A DNA stretch of 64,000 bases from the human T2T-CHM13v2.0 reference genome, Homo sapiens, in assembly GCF_009914755.1 (NCBI RefSeq), contig NC_060945.1; one strand, written 5' to 3'. The notes under the pieces were generated by a model. The model searched no databases, was not told where the DNA came from, and worked only from the letters and a program-made list of their open reading frames with translations. How positions within the stretch are numbered: position 1 is the first letter of the stretch; every line of letters starts with the position of its first letter. Of the stretch, positions 28,901-43,900 are shown piece after piece. Made by a program: the position numbers and the translations under genes.

Positions 28901-31900
28901 TAACCTCTGCCTACAGGGGAATTGGGAGAGATCTCGCCACTGATCACCCAAGTGATGTAACCATTGTCTAGGCTTTCCGTACAGGGTGCTTTGTGACATA
29001 CCTTTGCACTGATCACCCAGGTGATGTAACACATCTAAGTTCGGCCTAAAGGAGCTTTGTGACATATCTCTGCACTGATCACTTAGGTGATGTAACACTT
29101 TTATAAGCACTGCCTACAGGGAATTTTGACGAATCTCTGCACTGATCACCTAGGTGATGTAACTCTTGTCTACCCTCTGTCCAACGGGGCATTGTGAAAT
29201 ATCTCTGCACTGATCACCCAGGTGATTCAACTCTTGACTAGGATCTGCCTACAGAGGTTATTGTGAAATATCTCTGCACTGATAAACTAAGTGGTGTAAC
29301 CCTTGTCCAAGCTCTGCCTACAGGGGCGTTTTCACATATCCCTGAAGTGATGACAAAGGTGATGTAACTTTGCCTAGGCTTTGCCTACAGGGGACAATGG
29401 ACATATATCTGCACTGATCACCCAGGTGATGCAATTCTTGCCTAGGCTTTGCCTACAGGGGACATTGTGACATATCTCTTCAATGTTCACCGATGTGATG
29501 CAACTCTTGCCTAGGCTTTGCCTACTGGGGACATTGTGACATATCTCTGTACTGATCTCCCAGGGGCTGTAACTTTATTCTAGGCTCTGGCTACACGGCA
29601 TTGTGACATATCACTGCACTGATCAACCAGGTGATATAACTCTTGTCTAGGCTCTGCCTCCAGGGGGCTTGTGACATATCTCTGCACTGATCACCCAGGT
29701 GATATAACTCTTCTCTAGGATCTGCCTACAGGGTGCTTTGTGACATATCCCTGCACTGAACACCCAGGTGATCTAACACTGGTCTAAGCTCTGCCTAAAG
29801 GGGCATTGTGACAGATCTCTGCACTGATCACTCAGGTGATGTAATCCTTGTCTAGGCTCTGCTTAAAGAGGCCTTGTCACATATCTCTGCACTGGTCACC
29901 CAGGTGATGTAACTCTTGTCTAGGCTCTGCTTCCAGGGCATATTGTGACATATCTGTGCACTGATCACCTTAGTGATGTAACCCTTGTGTAGGCTCGGCC
30001 TACAGGGGAATCTTGACCTATCTCTGCACTGCTAACCGAGGTGATTTAACTCTTGTGAAGGCCGTGCCCACAGGGGGATTGAGACATATCTCTGCACTGA
30101 TCCCGAAGTGATCCAACTCTTGCCTGGTCTCTGCCTACTAGGGACATTGTGATATATCTCTGCACTGATCTCCCAGGTGCTGTAACTTTAGTCTAGGCTT
30201 TGGCTACACGGCATTGTGACATATCTCTGCACTGATCACCCACGTGATGTAACTCTTGCCTATGCTCTGCCTACAATGGTCTTGTGACATATCTCTGCAC
30301 TGATCACCCAGGTGATATAACTGTTCTCTAGCATCTGACCACAGGGTGCTTTGTGACATATCCCTGCAATGATCACCCAGGTGATATAACTGTTTTCTGG
30401 AATCTGACCATAGGGTGTTTTGTGACTTATCCCTGCAATGATCACCCAGGTGATATACCACTTGCCAAGGCTCTGCCTACAGGGACATTGCAATGTATCT
30501 CTGCACTGATGACCTAGGTCTTGTAACTCTTTTCTAGGATCTGCCTACAGGGTGCTTTGTGACGTATCCCAGCAAGGATTACCCAGGTGCTGTACCTCTC
30601 ATCAAGGCTCTGCCTGCAGGCACATTGCGATGTATCTCTGCACTGATCACCTAGGTCATGTAACATTTGTCTACGATCTGCCTACGATGGCATTGTGACA
30701 TATCTCTGCACTAATCATCCAAGTGATGTAACTCTTTTCTAGGATCTGCCTAAATTAACTTTGTGACATAACCCTGTAATGATCATCCAGGTGATGGGGC
30801 TTTTGTCTAGGCTCTGCCTAAGGGGGCATTGTGACATATTTCTGCATTGATCACCCAGGTGGCGAACCCTTCTCTTGGATCTGCCTATGGGGACATTGTG
30901 ACAAATCTCTGCACTGATCACCCAGGTGATGTAACTGTTGTGTAACCTCTGCCTACAGGGGAATTGTGAGAGATCTCGCCACTGATCACCCAAGTGATGT
31001 AACCATTGTCTAGGCTTTGCGTACAGGGTGCTTTGTGACATACCTTTGCACTGATCACCCAGGTGATGTAACACATCTAAGTTCGGCCTAAAGGAGCTTT
31101 GTGACATATCTCTGCACTGATCACTTAGGGGATGTAACACTTTTATAAGCAGTGCCTACAGGGAATTTTGACGAATCTCTGTACTGATCACCTAGGTGAT
31201 GTAACTCTTGTCTACCCTCTGTCCAACGGGGCATTGTGAAATAACTCTGCACTGATCACCCAGGTGATTCAACTCTTGACTAGGATCTGCCTACAGAGGT
31301 TATTGTGAAATATCTCTGCACTGATAAACTAAGTGGTGTAACCCTTGTCCAAGCTCTGCCTACAGAGGCGTTTTCACATATCCCTGAAGTGATGACAAAG
31401 GTGATGTAACTTTGACTAGGCTTTGCCTACAGGGGACATTGGATATATATCTGCACTGATCACCCAGGTGATGCAACTCTTGCTTAGGCTTTGCCTACAG
31501 GGGACATTATGACATATCTCTTCAATGATCTCCCATGTGATGCAACTCTTGCCTAGGCTTTGCCTACAGGGGACATTGTGACATATCTCTGCACTGATCT
31601 CCCAGGGGTTGTAACTTTAGTCTAGGCTCTGGCTACACGGCATTGTGACATATCACTGCACTGATCAACCAGGTGATATAACTCTTGTCTAGGCTCTGCC
31701 TCCAGGGGGCTTGTGACATATCTCTGCACTGATCACCCAGGTGATATAACTCTTCTCTAGGATCTGCCTACAGGGTGCTTTGTGACATATCCCTGCACTG
31801 ATCACCCAGGTGATCTAACACTGGTCTAAGCTCTGCCTAAAGGGGCATTGTGACAGATCTCTGCACTGATCACTCAGGTGATGTAACTGTTGTCTAGGCT

Positions 31901-34900
31901 CTGCTTAAAGAGGCCTTGTCACATATCTCTGCACTGGTCACCCAGGTGATGTAACTCTTGTCTAGGCTCTGCTTCCAGGGCATATTGTGACATATCTATG
32001 CACTGATCACCTTAGTGATGTAACCCTTGTGTAGGCTCGGCCTACAGGGGAATCTTGACCTATCTCTGCACTGCTAACCGAGGTGATTTCACTCTTGGGT
32101 AGGCTGTGCCCACAGGGGGATTGAGACATATCTCTGCACTGATCCCGAAGTGATCCAACTCTTGCCTGGTCTCTGCCTACTAGGGACATTGTGACATATC
32201 TCTGTACTGATCTCCCAGGTGCTGTAACATTAGTCTAGGCTCTGGCTACACGGCATTGTGACATACCTCTGCACTGATCACCCACGTGATGTAACTCTTG
32301 CCTAGGCTCTGCCTACAATGGTCTTGTGACATATCTCTGCACTGATCTCCCAGGTGATATAACTGTTCTCTAGCATCTGACCACAGGGTGCTTTGTGACA
32401 TATCCCTGCAATGATCACCCAGGTGATATAACTGTTCTCTAGGATCTGACCACAGGGTGTTTTTTGACTTATCCCTGCAATGATCACCCAGGTGATATAC
32501 CACTTGCCAAGGCTCTGCCTACAGGGGCATTGCAATGTATCTCTGCACTGATCACCTAGGTCTTGTAACTCTTTTCTAGGATCTGCCTACAGGGTGCTTT
32601 GTGACGTATCCCAGCAAGGATTACCCAGGTGCTGTACCTCTCATCAAGGCTCTGCCTGCAGGCACATTGCGATGTATCTCTGCACTGATCACCTAGGTCA
32701 TGTAACTTATGTCTACGCTCTGCCTACGATGGCATTGTGACATATCTCTGCACTAATCATCCAAGTGATGTAACTCTTGTCTAAGATCTGCCTAAATTAA
32801 CTTTGTGACATAACCCTGTAGTAATCATCCAGGTGATGGGGCTTTTGTCTAGGCTCTGCCTAAGGGGGCATTGTGACATATTTCTGCATTGATCACCCAG
32901 GTGGCGAACTCTTCTCTTGGATCTGCCTATGGGGGCATTGTGACAAATCTCTGCACTGATCACCCAGGTGATGTAACTGTTGTGTAACCTCTGCCTACAG
33001 GGGAATTGTGAGAGATCTCGCCACTGATCACCCAAGTGATGTAACCATTGTCTAGGCTTTGCGTACAGGGTGCTTTGTGACATACCTTTGCACTGATCAC
33101 CCAGGTGATGTAACACATCTAAGTTCGGCCTAAAGGAGCTTTGTGACATATCTCTGCACTGATCACTTAGGGGATGTAACACTTTTATAAGCACTGCCTA
33201 CAGGGAATTTTGACGAATCTCTGCACTGATCACCTAGGTGATGTAACTCTTGTCTACCCTCTGTCCAACGGGGCATTGTGAAATATCTCTGCACTGATCA
33301 CCCAGGTGATTCAACTCTTGACTAGGATCTGCCTACAGAGGTTATTGTGAAATATCTCTGCACTGATAAACTAAGTGGTGTAACCCTTGTCCAAGCTCTG
33401 CCTACAGGGGCGTTTTCACATATCCCTGAAGTGATGACAAAGGTGATGTAACTTTGCCTAGGCTTTGCCTACAGGGGACATTGGATATATGTCTGCACTG
33501 ATCACCCAGGTGATGCAACTCTTGCTTAGGCTTTGCCTACAGGGGACATTGTGACATATCTCTTCAATGATCTCCTATGTGATGCAACTCTTGCCTAGGC
33601 TTTGCCTACAGGGGACATTGTGACATATCTCTGCACTGATCTCCCAGGGGCTGTAACTTTAGTCTAGGCTCTGGCTACACGGCATTGTGACATATCACTG
33701 CACTGATCAACCAGGTGATATAACTCTTGTCTAGGCTCTGCCTCCAGGGGGCTTGTGACATATCTCTGCACTGATCACCCAGGTGATATAACTCTTCTCT
33801 AGGATCTGCCTACAGGGTGCTTTGTGACATATCCCTGCACTGATCACCCAGGTGATCTAACACTGGTCTAAGCTCTGCCTAAAGGGGCATTGTGACAGAT
33901 CTCTGCACTGATCACTCAAGTGATGTAACTGTTGTCTAGGCTCTGCTTAAAGAGTCCTTGTCACATATCTCTGCACTGGTCACCCAGGTGATGTAACTCT
34001 TGTTTAGGCTCTGCTTCCAGGGCATATTGTGACATATCTATGCACTGATCACCTTAGTGATGTAACCCTTGTGTAGGCTCGGCCTACAGGGGAATCTTGA
34101 CCTATCTCTGCACTGCTAACCGAGGTGATTTCACTCTTGGGTAGGCTGTGCCCACAGGGGGATTGAGACATATCTCTGCACTGATCCCGAAGTGATCCAA
34201 CTCTTGCCTGGTCTCTGCCTACTAGGGACATTGTGACATATCTCTGCCCTGATCTCCCAGGTGCTGTAACTTTAGTCTAGGCTCTGGCTACACGGCATTG
34301 TGACATACATCTGCACTGATCACCCACGTGATGTAACTCTTGCCTAGGCTCTGCCTACAATGGTCTTGTGACATATCACTGCACTGATCACCCAGGTGAT
34401 ATAACTGTTCTCTAGCATCTGACCACAGGGTGCTTTGTGACATATCCCTGCAATGATCACCCAGGAGATATAACTGTTCTCTGGGATCTGACCACAGGGT
34501 GTTTTTTGACTTATCCCTGCAATGATCACCCAGGTGATATAACACTTGCCAAGGCTCTGCCTACAGGGGCATTGCAATGTATCTCTGCACTGATCACCTA
34601 GGTCTTGTAACTCTTTTCTAGGATCTGCCTACAGGGTGCATTGTGACGTATCCCAGCAAGGATTACCCAGGTGCTGTACCTCTCATCAAGGCTCTGCCTG
34701 CAGGCACATTGCGATGTATCTCTGCACTGATCACCTAGGTCATGTAACTTTTGTCTACGCTCTGCCTACGATGGCACTGTGACATATCTCTGCACTAATC
34801 ATCCAAGTGATGTAACTCTTGTCTAAGATCTGCCTAAATTAACTTTGTGACATAACCCTGTAGTAATCATCCAGGTGATGGGGCTTTTGTCTAGGCTCTG

Positions 34901-37900
34901 CCTAAGGGGGCATTGTGACATATTTCTGCATTGATCACCCAGGTGGCGAACTCTTCTCTTGGATCTGCCTATGGGGGCATTGTGACAAATCTCTGCACTG
35001 ATCACCCAGGTGATGTAACTGTTGTGTAACCTCTGCCTACAGGGGAATTGGGAGAGATCTCGCCACTGATCACCCAAGTGATGTAACCATTGTCTAGGCT
35101 TTGCGTACAGGGTGCTTTGTGACATACCTTTGCACTGATCACCCAGGTGATGTAACACATCTAAGTTCGGCCTAAAGGAGCTTTGTGACATATCTCTGCA
35201 CTGATCACTTAGGTGATGTAACACTTTTGTAAGCACTGTCTACAGGGAATTTTGACGAATCTCTGCACTGATCACCTAGGTGATGTAACTCTTGTCTACC
35301 CTCTGTCCAACGGGGCATTGTGAAATATCTCTGCACTGATCACCCAGGTGATTCAACTCTTGACTAGGATCTGCCTACAGAGGTTATTGTGAAATATCTC
35401 TTCACTGATAAACTAAGTGGTGTAACCCTTGTCCAAGCTCTGCCTACAGGGGCGTTTTCACATATCCCTGAAGTGATGACAAAGGTGATGTAACTTTGCC
35501 TAGGCTTTGCCTACAGGGGACAATGGACATATATCTGCACTGATCACCCAGGTGATGCAATTCTTGCCTAGGCTTTGCCTACAGGGGACATTGTGACATA
35601 TCTCTTCAATGATCACCGTTGTGATGCAACTCTTGCCTAGGCTTTGCCTACAGGGGACATTGTGACATATCTCTGCACTGATCTCCCAGGGGCTGTAACT
35701 TTAGTCTAGGCTCTGGCTACACGGCATTGTGACATATCACTGCACTGATCAACCAGGTGATATAACTCTTGTCTAGGCTCTGCCTCCAGGGGGCTTGTGA
35801 CATATCTCTGCACTGATCACCCAGGTGATATAACTCTTCTCTAGGATCTGCCCACAGGGTGCTTTGTGACATATCCCTGCACTGATCACCCAGGTGATCT
35901 AACACTGGTCTAAGCTCTGCCTAAAGGGGCATTGTGACAGATCTCTGCACTGATCACTCAGGTGATGTAACTGTTGTCTAGGCTCTGCTTAAAGAGGCCT
36001 TGTCACATATCTCTGCACTGGTCACCCAGGTGATGTAACTCTTGTCTAGGCTCTGCTTCCAGGGCATATTGTGACATATCTATGCACTGATCACCTTAGT
36101 GATGTAACCCTTGTGTAGGCTCGGCCTACAGGAGAATCTTGACCTATCTCTGCACTACTAACCGAGGTGATTTCACTCTTGTGTAGGCTGTGCCCACAGG
36201 GGGATTGAGACATATCTTTGCACTGATCCCGAAGTGATCCAACTCTTGCCTGGTCTCTGCCTACTAGGGACATTGTGACATATCTCTGCACTGATCTCCC
36301 AGGTGCTGTAACTTTAGTCTAGGCTCTGGCTACACGGCATTGTGACATACCTCTGCACTGATCACCCACGTGATGTAACTCTTGCCTAGGCTCTGCCTAC
36401 AATGGTCTTGTGACATATCTCTGCACTGATCACCCAGGTGATATAACTGTTCTCTAGCATCTGACCACAGGGTGCTTTGTGACATATCCCTGCAATGATC
36501 ACCCAGGTGATATAACTGTTCTCTAGGATCTGACCACAGGGTGTTTTGTGACTTATCCCTGCAATGATCACCCAGGTGATATACCACTTGCCAAGGCTGT
36601 GCCTACAGGGGCATTGCAATGTATCTCTGCACTGATCACCTAGGTCTTGTAACTCTTTTCTAGGATCTGCCTACAGGGTGCTTTGTGACGTATCCCAGCA
36701 AGGATTACCCAGGTGCTGTACCTCTCATCAAGGCTCTGCCTGCAGGCACATTGCGATGTATCTCTGCACTGATCACCTAGGTCATGTAACTTTTGTCTAC
36801 GCTCTGCCTACGATGGCATTGTGACATATCTCTGCACTAATCATCCAAGTGATGTAACTCTTGTCTAAGATCTGCCTAAATTAACTTTGTGACATAACCC
36901 TGTAGTAATCATCCAGGTGATGGGGCTTTTGTCTAGGCTCTGCCTAAGGGGGCATTGTGACATATTTCTGCATTGATCACCCAGGTGGCGAACTCTTCTC
37001 TTGGATCTGCCTATGGGGGCATTGTGACAAATCTCTGCACTGATCACCCAGGTGATGTAACTGTTGTGTAACCTCTGCCTACAGGGGAATTGGGAGAGAT
37101 CTCGCCACTGATCTCCCAAGTGATGTAACCATTGTCTAGGCTTTGCGTACAGGGTGCTTTGTGACATACCTTTGCACTGATCACCCAGGTGATGTAACAC
37201 ATCTAAGTTCGGCCTAAAGGAGCTTTGTGACATACCTCTGCACTCATCACTTACGTGATGTAACACTTTTATAAGCACTGCCTACAGGGAATTTTGACAA
37301 ATCTCTGCACTGATCACCTAGGTGATGTAACTCTTGTCTACCCTCTGTCCAACGGGGCATTGTGAAATATCTCTGCACTGATCACCCAGGTGATTCAACT
37401 CTTGACTAGGATCTGCCTACAGAGGTTATTGTGAAATATCTCTGCACTGATAAACTAAGTGGTGTAACCCTTGTCAAAGCTCTGCCTACAGGGGCGTTTT
37501 CACATATCCCTGAAGTGATGAGAAAGGTGATGTAACATTGCCAAGGGTTTGCCTACAGGGGACATTGGACATATATCTGCACTGACCACCCAGGTGATGC
37601 AACTCTTGCCTAGGCTTTGCCTACAGGGGACAGTGTGACATATCTCCGCACTGATCTCCCAGGGGCTGTAACTTTAGTCTAGGCTCTGGCTACACGGCAT
37701 TGTGACATATCACTGCACTGATCAACCAGGTGATATAACCCTTGTCTAGCCTCTGCCTCCAGGGGGCTTGTGACATATCTCTGCACTGATCACCCAGGTG
37801 ATATAACTCTTCTCTAGGATCTGCCTACAGGGTGCTTTGTGACATATCCCTGCACTGATCACCCAGGTGATCTAACACTGGTCTAAGCTCTGCCTAAAGG

Positions 37901-40900
37901 GGCATTGTGACAGATCTCTGCACTGATCACTCAGGTGATGTAACTGTTGTCTAGGCTCTGCTTAAAGAGGTCTTGTCACATATCTCTGCACTGGTCACCC
38001 AGGTGATGTAACTCTTGTCTAGGCTCTGCTTCCAGGCCATATTGTAACATATCTATGCACTGATCACCTTAGTGATGTAACACTTGTGTAGGCTCGGCCT
38101 ACAGGGGAATCTTGACCTATCTCTGCACTGTTAACCGAGGTGATTTAACTCTTGTCTAGGCTGTGCCCACAGGGGGATTGAGACATATCTCTGCACTGAT
38201 CCCGAAGTGATCCAAATCTTGCCTGGTCTCTGCCTACTAGGGACATTGTGACATATCTCTGCACTGATCTCCCAGGTGCTGTAACTTTAGTCTAGGCTCT
38301 GGCTACACGGCATTGTGACATATCTCTGCACTGATCACCCACGTGATGTAACTCTTGCCTAGGCTCTGCCTACAATGGTCTTGTTACATATCTCTGCACT
38401 GATCACCCAGGTGGTATAACTGTTCTCTAGGATCTGACCACAGGGTGCTTTGTGACATATCCCTGCAATGATCACCCAGGTGATATAACTGTTCTCTAGG
38501 ATCTGACCACAGGGTGTTTTGTGACTTATCCCTACAATGATCACCCAGGTGATATTCCACTTGCCAAGGCTCTGCCTACAGGGGCATTGCAATGTGTCTC
38601 TGCACTGATCACCTAGGTCTTGTAACTCTTTTCTAGGATCTGCCTACAGGGTGCTTTGTGACGTATCCCAGCAAGGATTACTCAGGTGCTGTACCTCTCA
38701 TCAAGGCTCTGCCTGCAGGCACATTGCGATGTATCTCTGCACTGATCACCTAGGTAGTGTAACTTTTGTCTACGCTCTGCCTACGATGGCATTGTGACAT
38801 ATCTCTGCACTAGTCATCCAAATTATGTAACTCTTGTCTAGGATCTGCCTAAATTAACTTTGTGACATAACCCTGTAGTGATCATCCAGGTGATGGGGCT
38901 TTTGTCTAGGCTCTGCCTAAGGGGGCATTGTGACATATTTCTGCATTGATCACCCAGGTGGCGAACTCTTCTCTCGGATCTGCCTATGGGGGCATTGTGA
39001 AAAATCTCTGCACTGATCACCCAGGTGATGTAACTGTTGTGTAACCTCTGCCTACAGGGGAATTGTGAGAGATCTCGCCACTGATCACCCAAGTGATGTA
39101 ACCATTGTCTAGGCTTTGCGTACAGGGTGCTTTGGGACATACCTTTGCACTGATCACCCAGGTGATGTAACACATCTAAGTTCGGCCTAAAGGAGCTTTG
39201 TGACATATCTCTGCACTCATCACTTAGGTGATGTAACACTTTTATAAGCACTGCCTACAGGGAATTTTGACGAATCTCTGCACTGATCACCTAGGTGATG
39301 TAACTCTTGTCTACCCTCTGTCCAACGGGGCATTGTGAAATATCTCTGCACTGATCACCCAGGTGATTCAACTCTTGACTAGGATCTGCCTACAGAGGTT
39401 ATTGTGAAATATCTCTGCACTGATAAACTAAGTGGTGTAACCCTTGTGCAAGCTCTGCCTACAGGGGCGTTTTCACATATCCCTGAAGTGATGACAAAGG
39501 TGATGTAACTTTGTCTAGGCTTTGCCTACAAGGGACATTGGACATATATCTACACTGATCACACAGGTGATGCAACTCTTGCCTAGGCTTTGCCTACAGG
39601 GGACATTGTGACATATCTCTTCAATGATCACCCATGTGATGCAACTCTTGCCTAGGCTTTGCCTACAGGGGACATTGTGACATATCTCTGCACTGTTCTC
39701 CCAGGGGCTGTAACTTTAGTCGAGGCTCTGGCTACACGGCATTGTGACATGTCACTGCACTGATCAACCAGGTGATATAACTCTTGTCTAGGCTCTGCCT
39801 CCAGGGGGCTTGTGACATATTTCTGCACTGATCACCCAGGTGATATAACTCTTCTCTAGGATCTGCCTACAGGGTGCTTTGTGACATATCCCTGCACTGA
39901 TCACCCAGATGATCTAACACTGGTCTAAGCTCTGTCTAAAAGGGCATTGTGACAGATCTCTGCACTGATCACTCAGGTGATGTAACTGTTGTCTATTCTC
40001 TGCTTAAAGAGGCCTTGTCACATATCTCTGCACTGGTCACCCAGGTGATGTAACTCTTGTCTAGGCTCTGCTTCCAGGGCATATTGTGACATATCTATGC
40101 ACTGATCACCTTAGTGATGTAACCCTTGTGTAGGCTCGGCCTACAGGGGAATCTTGACCTATCTCTGCACTGTTAACCGAGGTGATTTAACTCTTGTCTA
40201 GGCTGTGCCCACAGGGGGATTGAGACATATCTCTGCACTGATCCCGAAGTGATCCAACTCTTGCCTGGTCTCTGCCTACTAGGGACATTGTGACATATCT
40301 CTGCACTGATCTCCCAGGTGCTGTAAATTTAGTCTAGGCTCTGGCTACACGGCATTGTGACATATCTCTGCACAGATCACCCACGTGATGTAACTCGTGC
40401 CTAGGCTCTGCCTACAATGCTCTTGTGACATATCTCTGCACTGATCACCCAGGTGATATAACTGTTCTCTAGGATCTGACCACAGGGTGCTTTGTGACAT
40501 ATCCCTGCAATGATCACCCAGGTGATATAACTGTTCTCTAGGATCTGACCACAGGGTGTTTTGTGACTTATCCCTGCAATGATCACCCAGGTGATATAAC
40601 ACTTGCCAAGGCTCTGCCTACAGGGGAATTGCAATGTATCTCTGCACTGATCACCTAGGTCTTGTAACTCTTTTCTAGGATCTGCCTACAGGGTGCTTTG
40701 TGACGTATCCCAGCAAGGATTACTCAGGTGCTGTACCTCTCATCAAGGCTCTGCCTGCAGGCACATTGCTATGTATCTCTGCACTGATCACCTAGGTCAT
40801 GTAACTTTTGTCTAGGCTCTGCCTACGATGGCATTGTGACCTATCTCTGCACTAATCATCCAAGTGATGTAGCTCTTGTCTAGGATCTGCCTAAATTAAC

Positions 40901-43900
40901 TTTGTGACATAACCCTGTAGTGATCATCCAGGTGATGGGGCTTTTGTCTAGGCTCTGCCTAAGGGGGCGTTGTGACATATTTCTGCATTGATCACCCAGG
41001 TGGCGAACTCTTCTCTTGGATCTGCCTATAGGGGCATTGTGACAAATCTCTGCACTGATCACCCAGGTGATGTAACTGTTGTGTAACCTCTGCCTACAGG
41101 GGAATTGGGAGAGATCTCGCCACTGATCACCCAAGTGATGTAACCATTGTCTAGGCTTTGCGTACAGGGTGCTTTGTGACATACCTTTGCACTGATCACC
41201 CAGGTGATGTAACACATCTAAGTTCGGCCTAAAGGAGCTTTGTGACATATCTCTGCACTCATCACTTAGGTGATGTAACACTTTTATAAGCACTGCCTAC
41301 AGGGAATTTTGACGAATCTCTGCACTGATCACCTAGGTGATGTAACTCTTGTCTACCCTCTGTCCAACGGGGCATTGTGAAATATCTCTGCACTGATCAC
41401 CCAGGTGATTCAACTCTTGACTAGGATCTGCCTACAGAGGTTATTGTGAAATATCTCTGCACTGATAAACTAAGTGGTGTAACCCTTGTCCAAGCTCTGC
41501 CTACAGGGGCGTTTTCACATATCCCTGAAGTGATGACAAAGGTGATGTAACTTTGCCTAGGCTTTGCCTAAAGGGGACATTGGACATATATCTGCACTGA
41601 TCACCCAGGTGATGCAACTCTTGCCTAGGCTTTGCCTACAGGGGACATTGTGACATATCTCTTCAATGATCACCCATGTGATGCAACTCTTACCTAGGCT
41701 ATGCCTACAGGGGACATTTTGACATATCTCTGTACTGATCTCCCATGGGCTGTAACTTTAGTCTAGGCTCTGGCTACACGGCATTGTGACATATCACTGC
41801 ACTGATCAACCAGGTGATATAACTCTTGTCTAGGCTCTGCCTCCAGGGGGCTTGTGACATATCTCTGCACAGATCACCCAGGTGATATAACTCTTCTCTA
41901 GGATCTGCCTACAGGGTGCTTTGTGACATATCCCTGCACTGATCACCCAGGTGATCTAGCACTGGTCTATGCTCTGCCTAAAGGGGAATTGTGACAGATC
42001 TCTGCACTGATCACTCAGGTGATGTAACTGTTGTCTATTCTCTGCTTAAAGAGGCCTTATCACATATCTCTGCACTGGTCACCCAGGTGATGTAACTCTT
42101 GTCTAGGCTCTGCTTCCAGGGCATATTGTGACATATCTATGCACTGATCACCTTAGTGATGTAACCCTTGTGTAGGCTCGGCCTACAGGGGAATCTTGAC
42201 CTATCTCTGCACTGTTAACCGAGGTGATTTAACTCTTGTCTAGGCTGTGCCCACAGGGGGATTGAGACATATCTCTGCACTGATCCCGAAGTGATCCAAC
42301 TCTTGCCTGGTCTCTGCCTACTAGGGACATTGTGACATATCTCTGCACTGATCTCCCAGGTGCTGTAAATTTAGTCTAGGCTCTGGCTACACGGCATTGT
42401 GACATATCTCTGCACAGATCACCCACGTGATGTAACTCGTGCCTAGGCTCTGCCTACAATGCTCTTGTGACATATCTCTGCACTGATCACCCAGGTGATA
42501 TAACTGTTCTCTAGGATCTGACCACAGGGTGCTTTGTGACATATCCCTGCAATGATCACCCAGGTGATATAACTGTTCTCTAGGATCTGACCACAGGGTG
42601 TTTTGTGACTTATCCCTGCAATGATCACCCAGGTGATATAACACTTGCCAAGGCTCTGCCTACAGGGGAATTGCAATGTATCTCTGCACTGATCACCTAG
42701 GTCTTGTAACTCTTTTCTAGGATCTGCCTACAGGGTGCTTTGTGACGTATCCCAGCAAGGATTTCTCAGGTGCTGTACCTCTCATCAAGGCTCTGCCTGC
42801 AGGCACATTGCTATGTATCTCTGCACTGATCACCTAGGTCATGTAACTTTTGTCTAGGCTCTGCCTACGATGGCATTGTGACCTATCTCTGCACTAATCA
42901 TCCAAGTGATGTAGCTCTTGTCTAGGATCTGCCTAAATTAACTTTGTGACATAACCCTGTAGTGATCAACCAGGTGATGGGGCTTTTGTCTAGGCTCTGC
43001 CTAAGGGGGCGTTGTGACATATTTCTGCATTGATCACCCAGGTGGCGAACTCTTCTCTTGGATCTGCCTATAGGGGCATTGTGACAAATCTCTGCACTGA
43101 TCACCCAGGTGATGTAACTGTTGTGTAACCTCTGCCTACAGGGGAATTGTGAGAGATCTCGCCACTGATCACCCAAGTGATGTAACCATTGTCTAGGCTT
43201 TGCGTACAGGGTGCTTTGTGACATACCTTTGCACTGATCACCCAGGTGATGTAACACATCTAAGTTCGGCCTAAAGGAGCTTTGTGACATATCTCTGCAC
43301 TCATCACTTAGGTGATGTAACACTTTTATAAGCACTGCCTACAGGGAATTTTGACGAATCTCTGCACTGATCACCTAGGTGATGTAACTCTTGTCTACCC
43401 TCTGTCCAACGGGGCATTGTGAAATATCTCTGCACTGATCACCCAGGTGATTCAACTCTTGACTAGGATCTGCCTACAGAGGTTATTGTGAAATATCTCT
43501 GCACTGATAAACTAAGTGGTGTAACCCCTGTCCAAGCTCTGCCTACAGGGGCGTTTTCACATATCCCTGAAGTGATGACAAAGGTGATGTAACTTTGCCT
43601 AGGCTTTGCCTAAAGGGGACATTGGACATATATCTGCACTGATCACCCAGGTGATGCAACTCTTGCCTAGGCTTTGCCTACAGGGTCATTGTGACATATC
43701 TCTTCAATGATCACCCCTGTGATGCAACTCTTGCCTAGGCTTTGCCTACAGGGGACATTGTGACATATCTCTGTACTGATCTCCCATGGGCTGTAACTTT
43801 AGTCTAGGCTCTGGCTACACGGCATTGTGACATATCACTGCACTGATCAACCAGGTGATATAACTCTTGTCTAGGCTCTGCCTCCAGGGGGCTTGTGACA

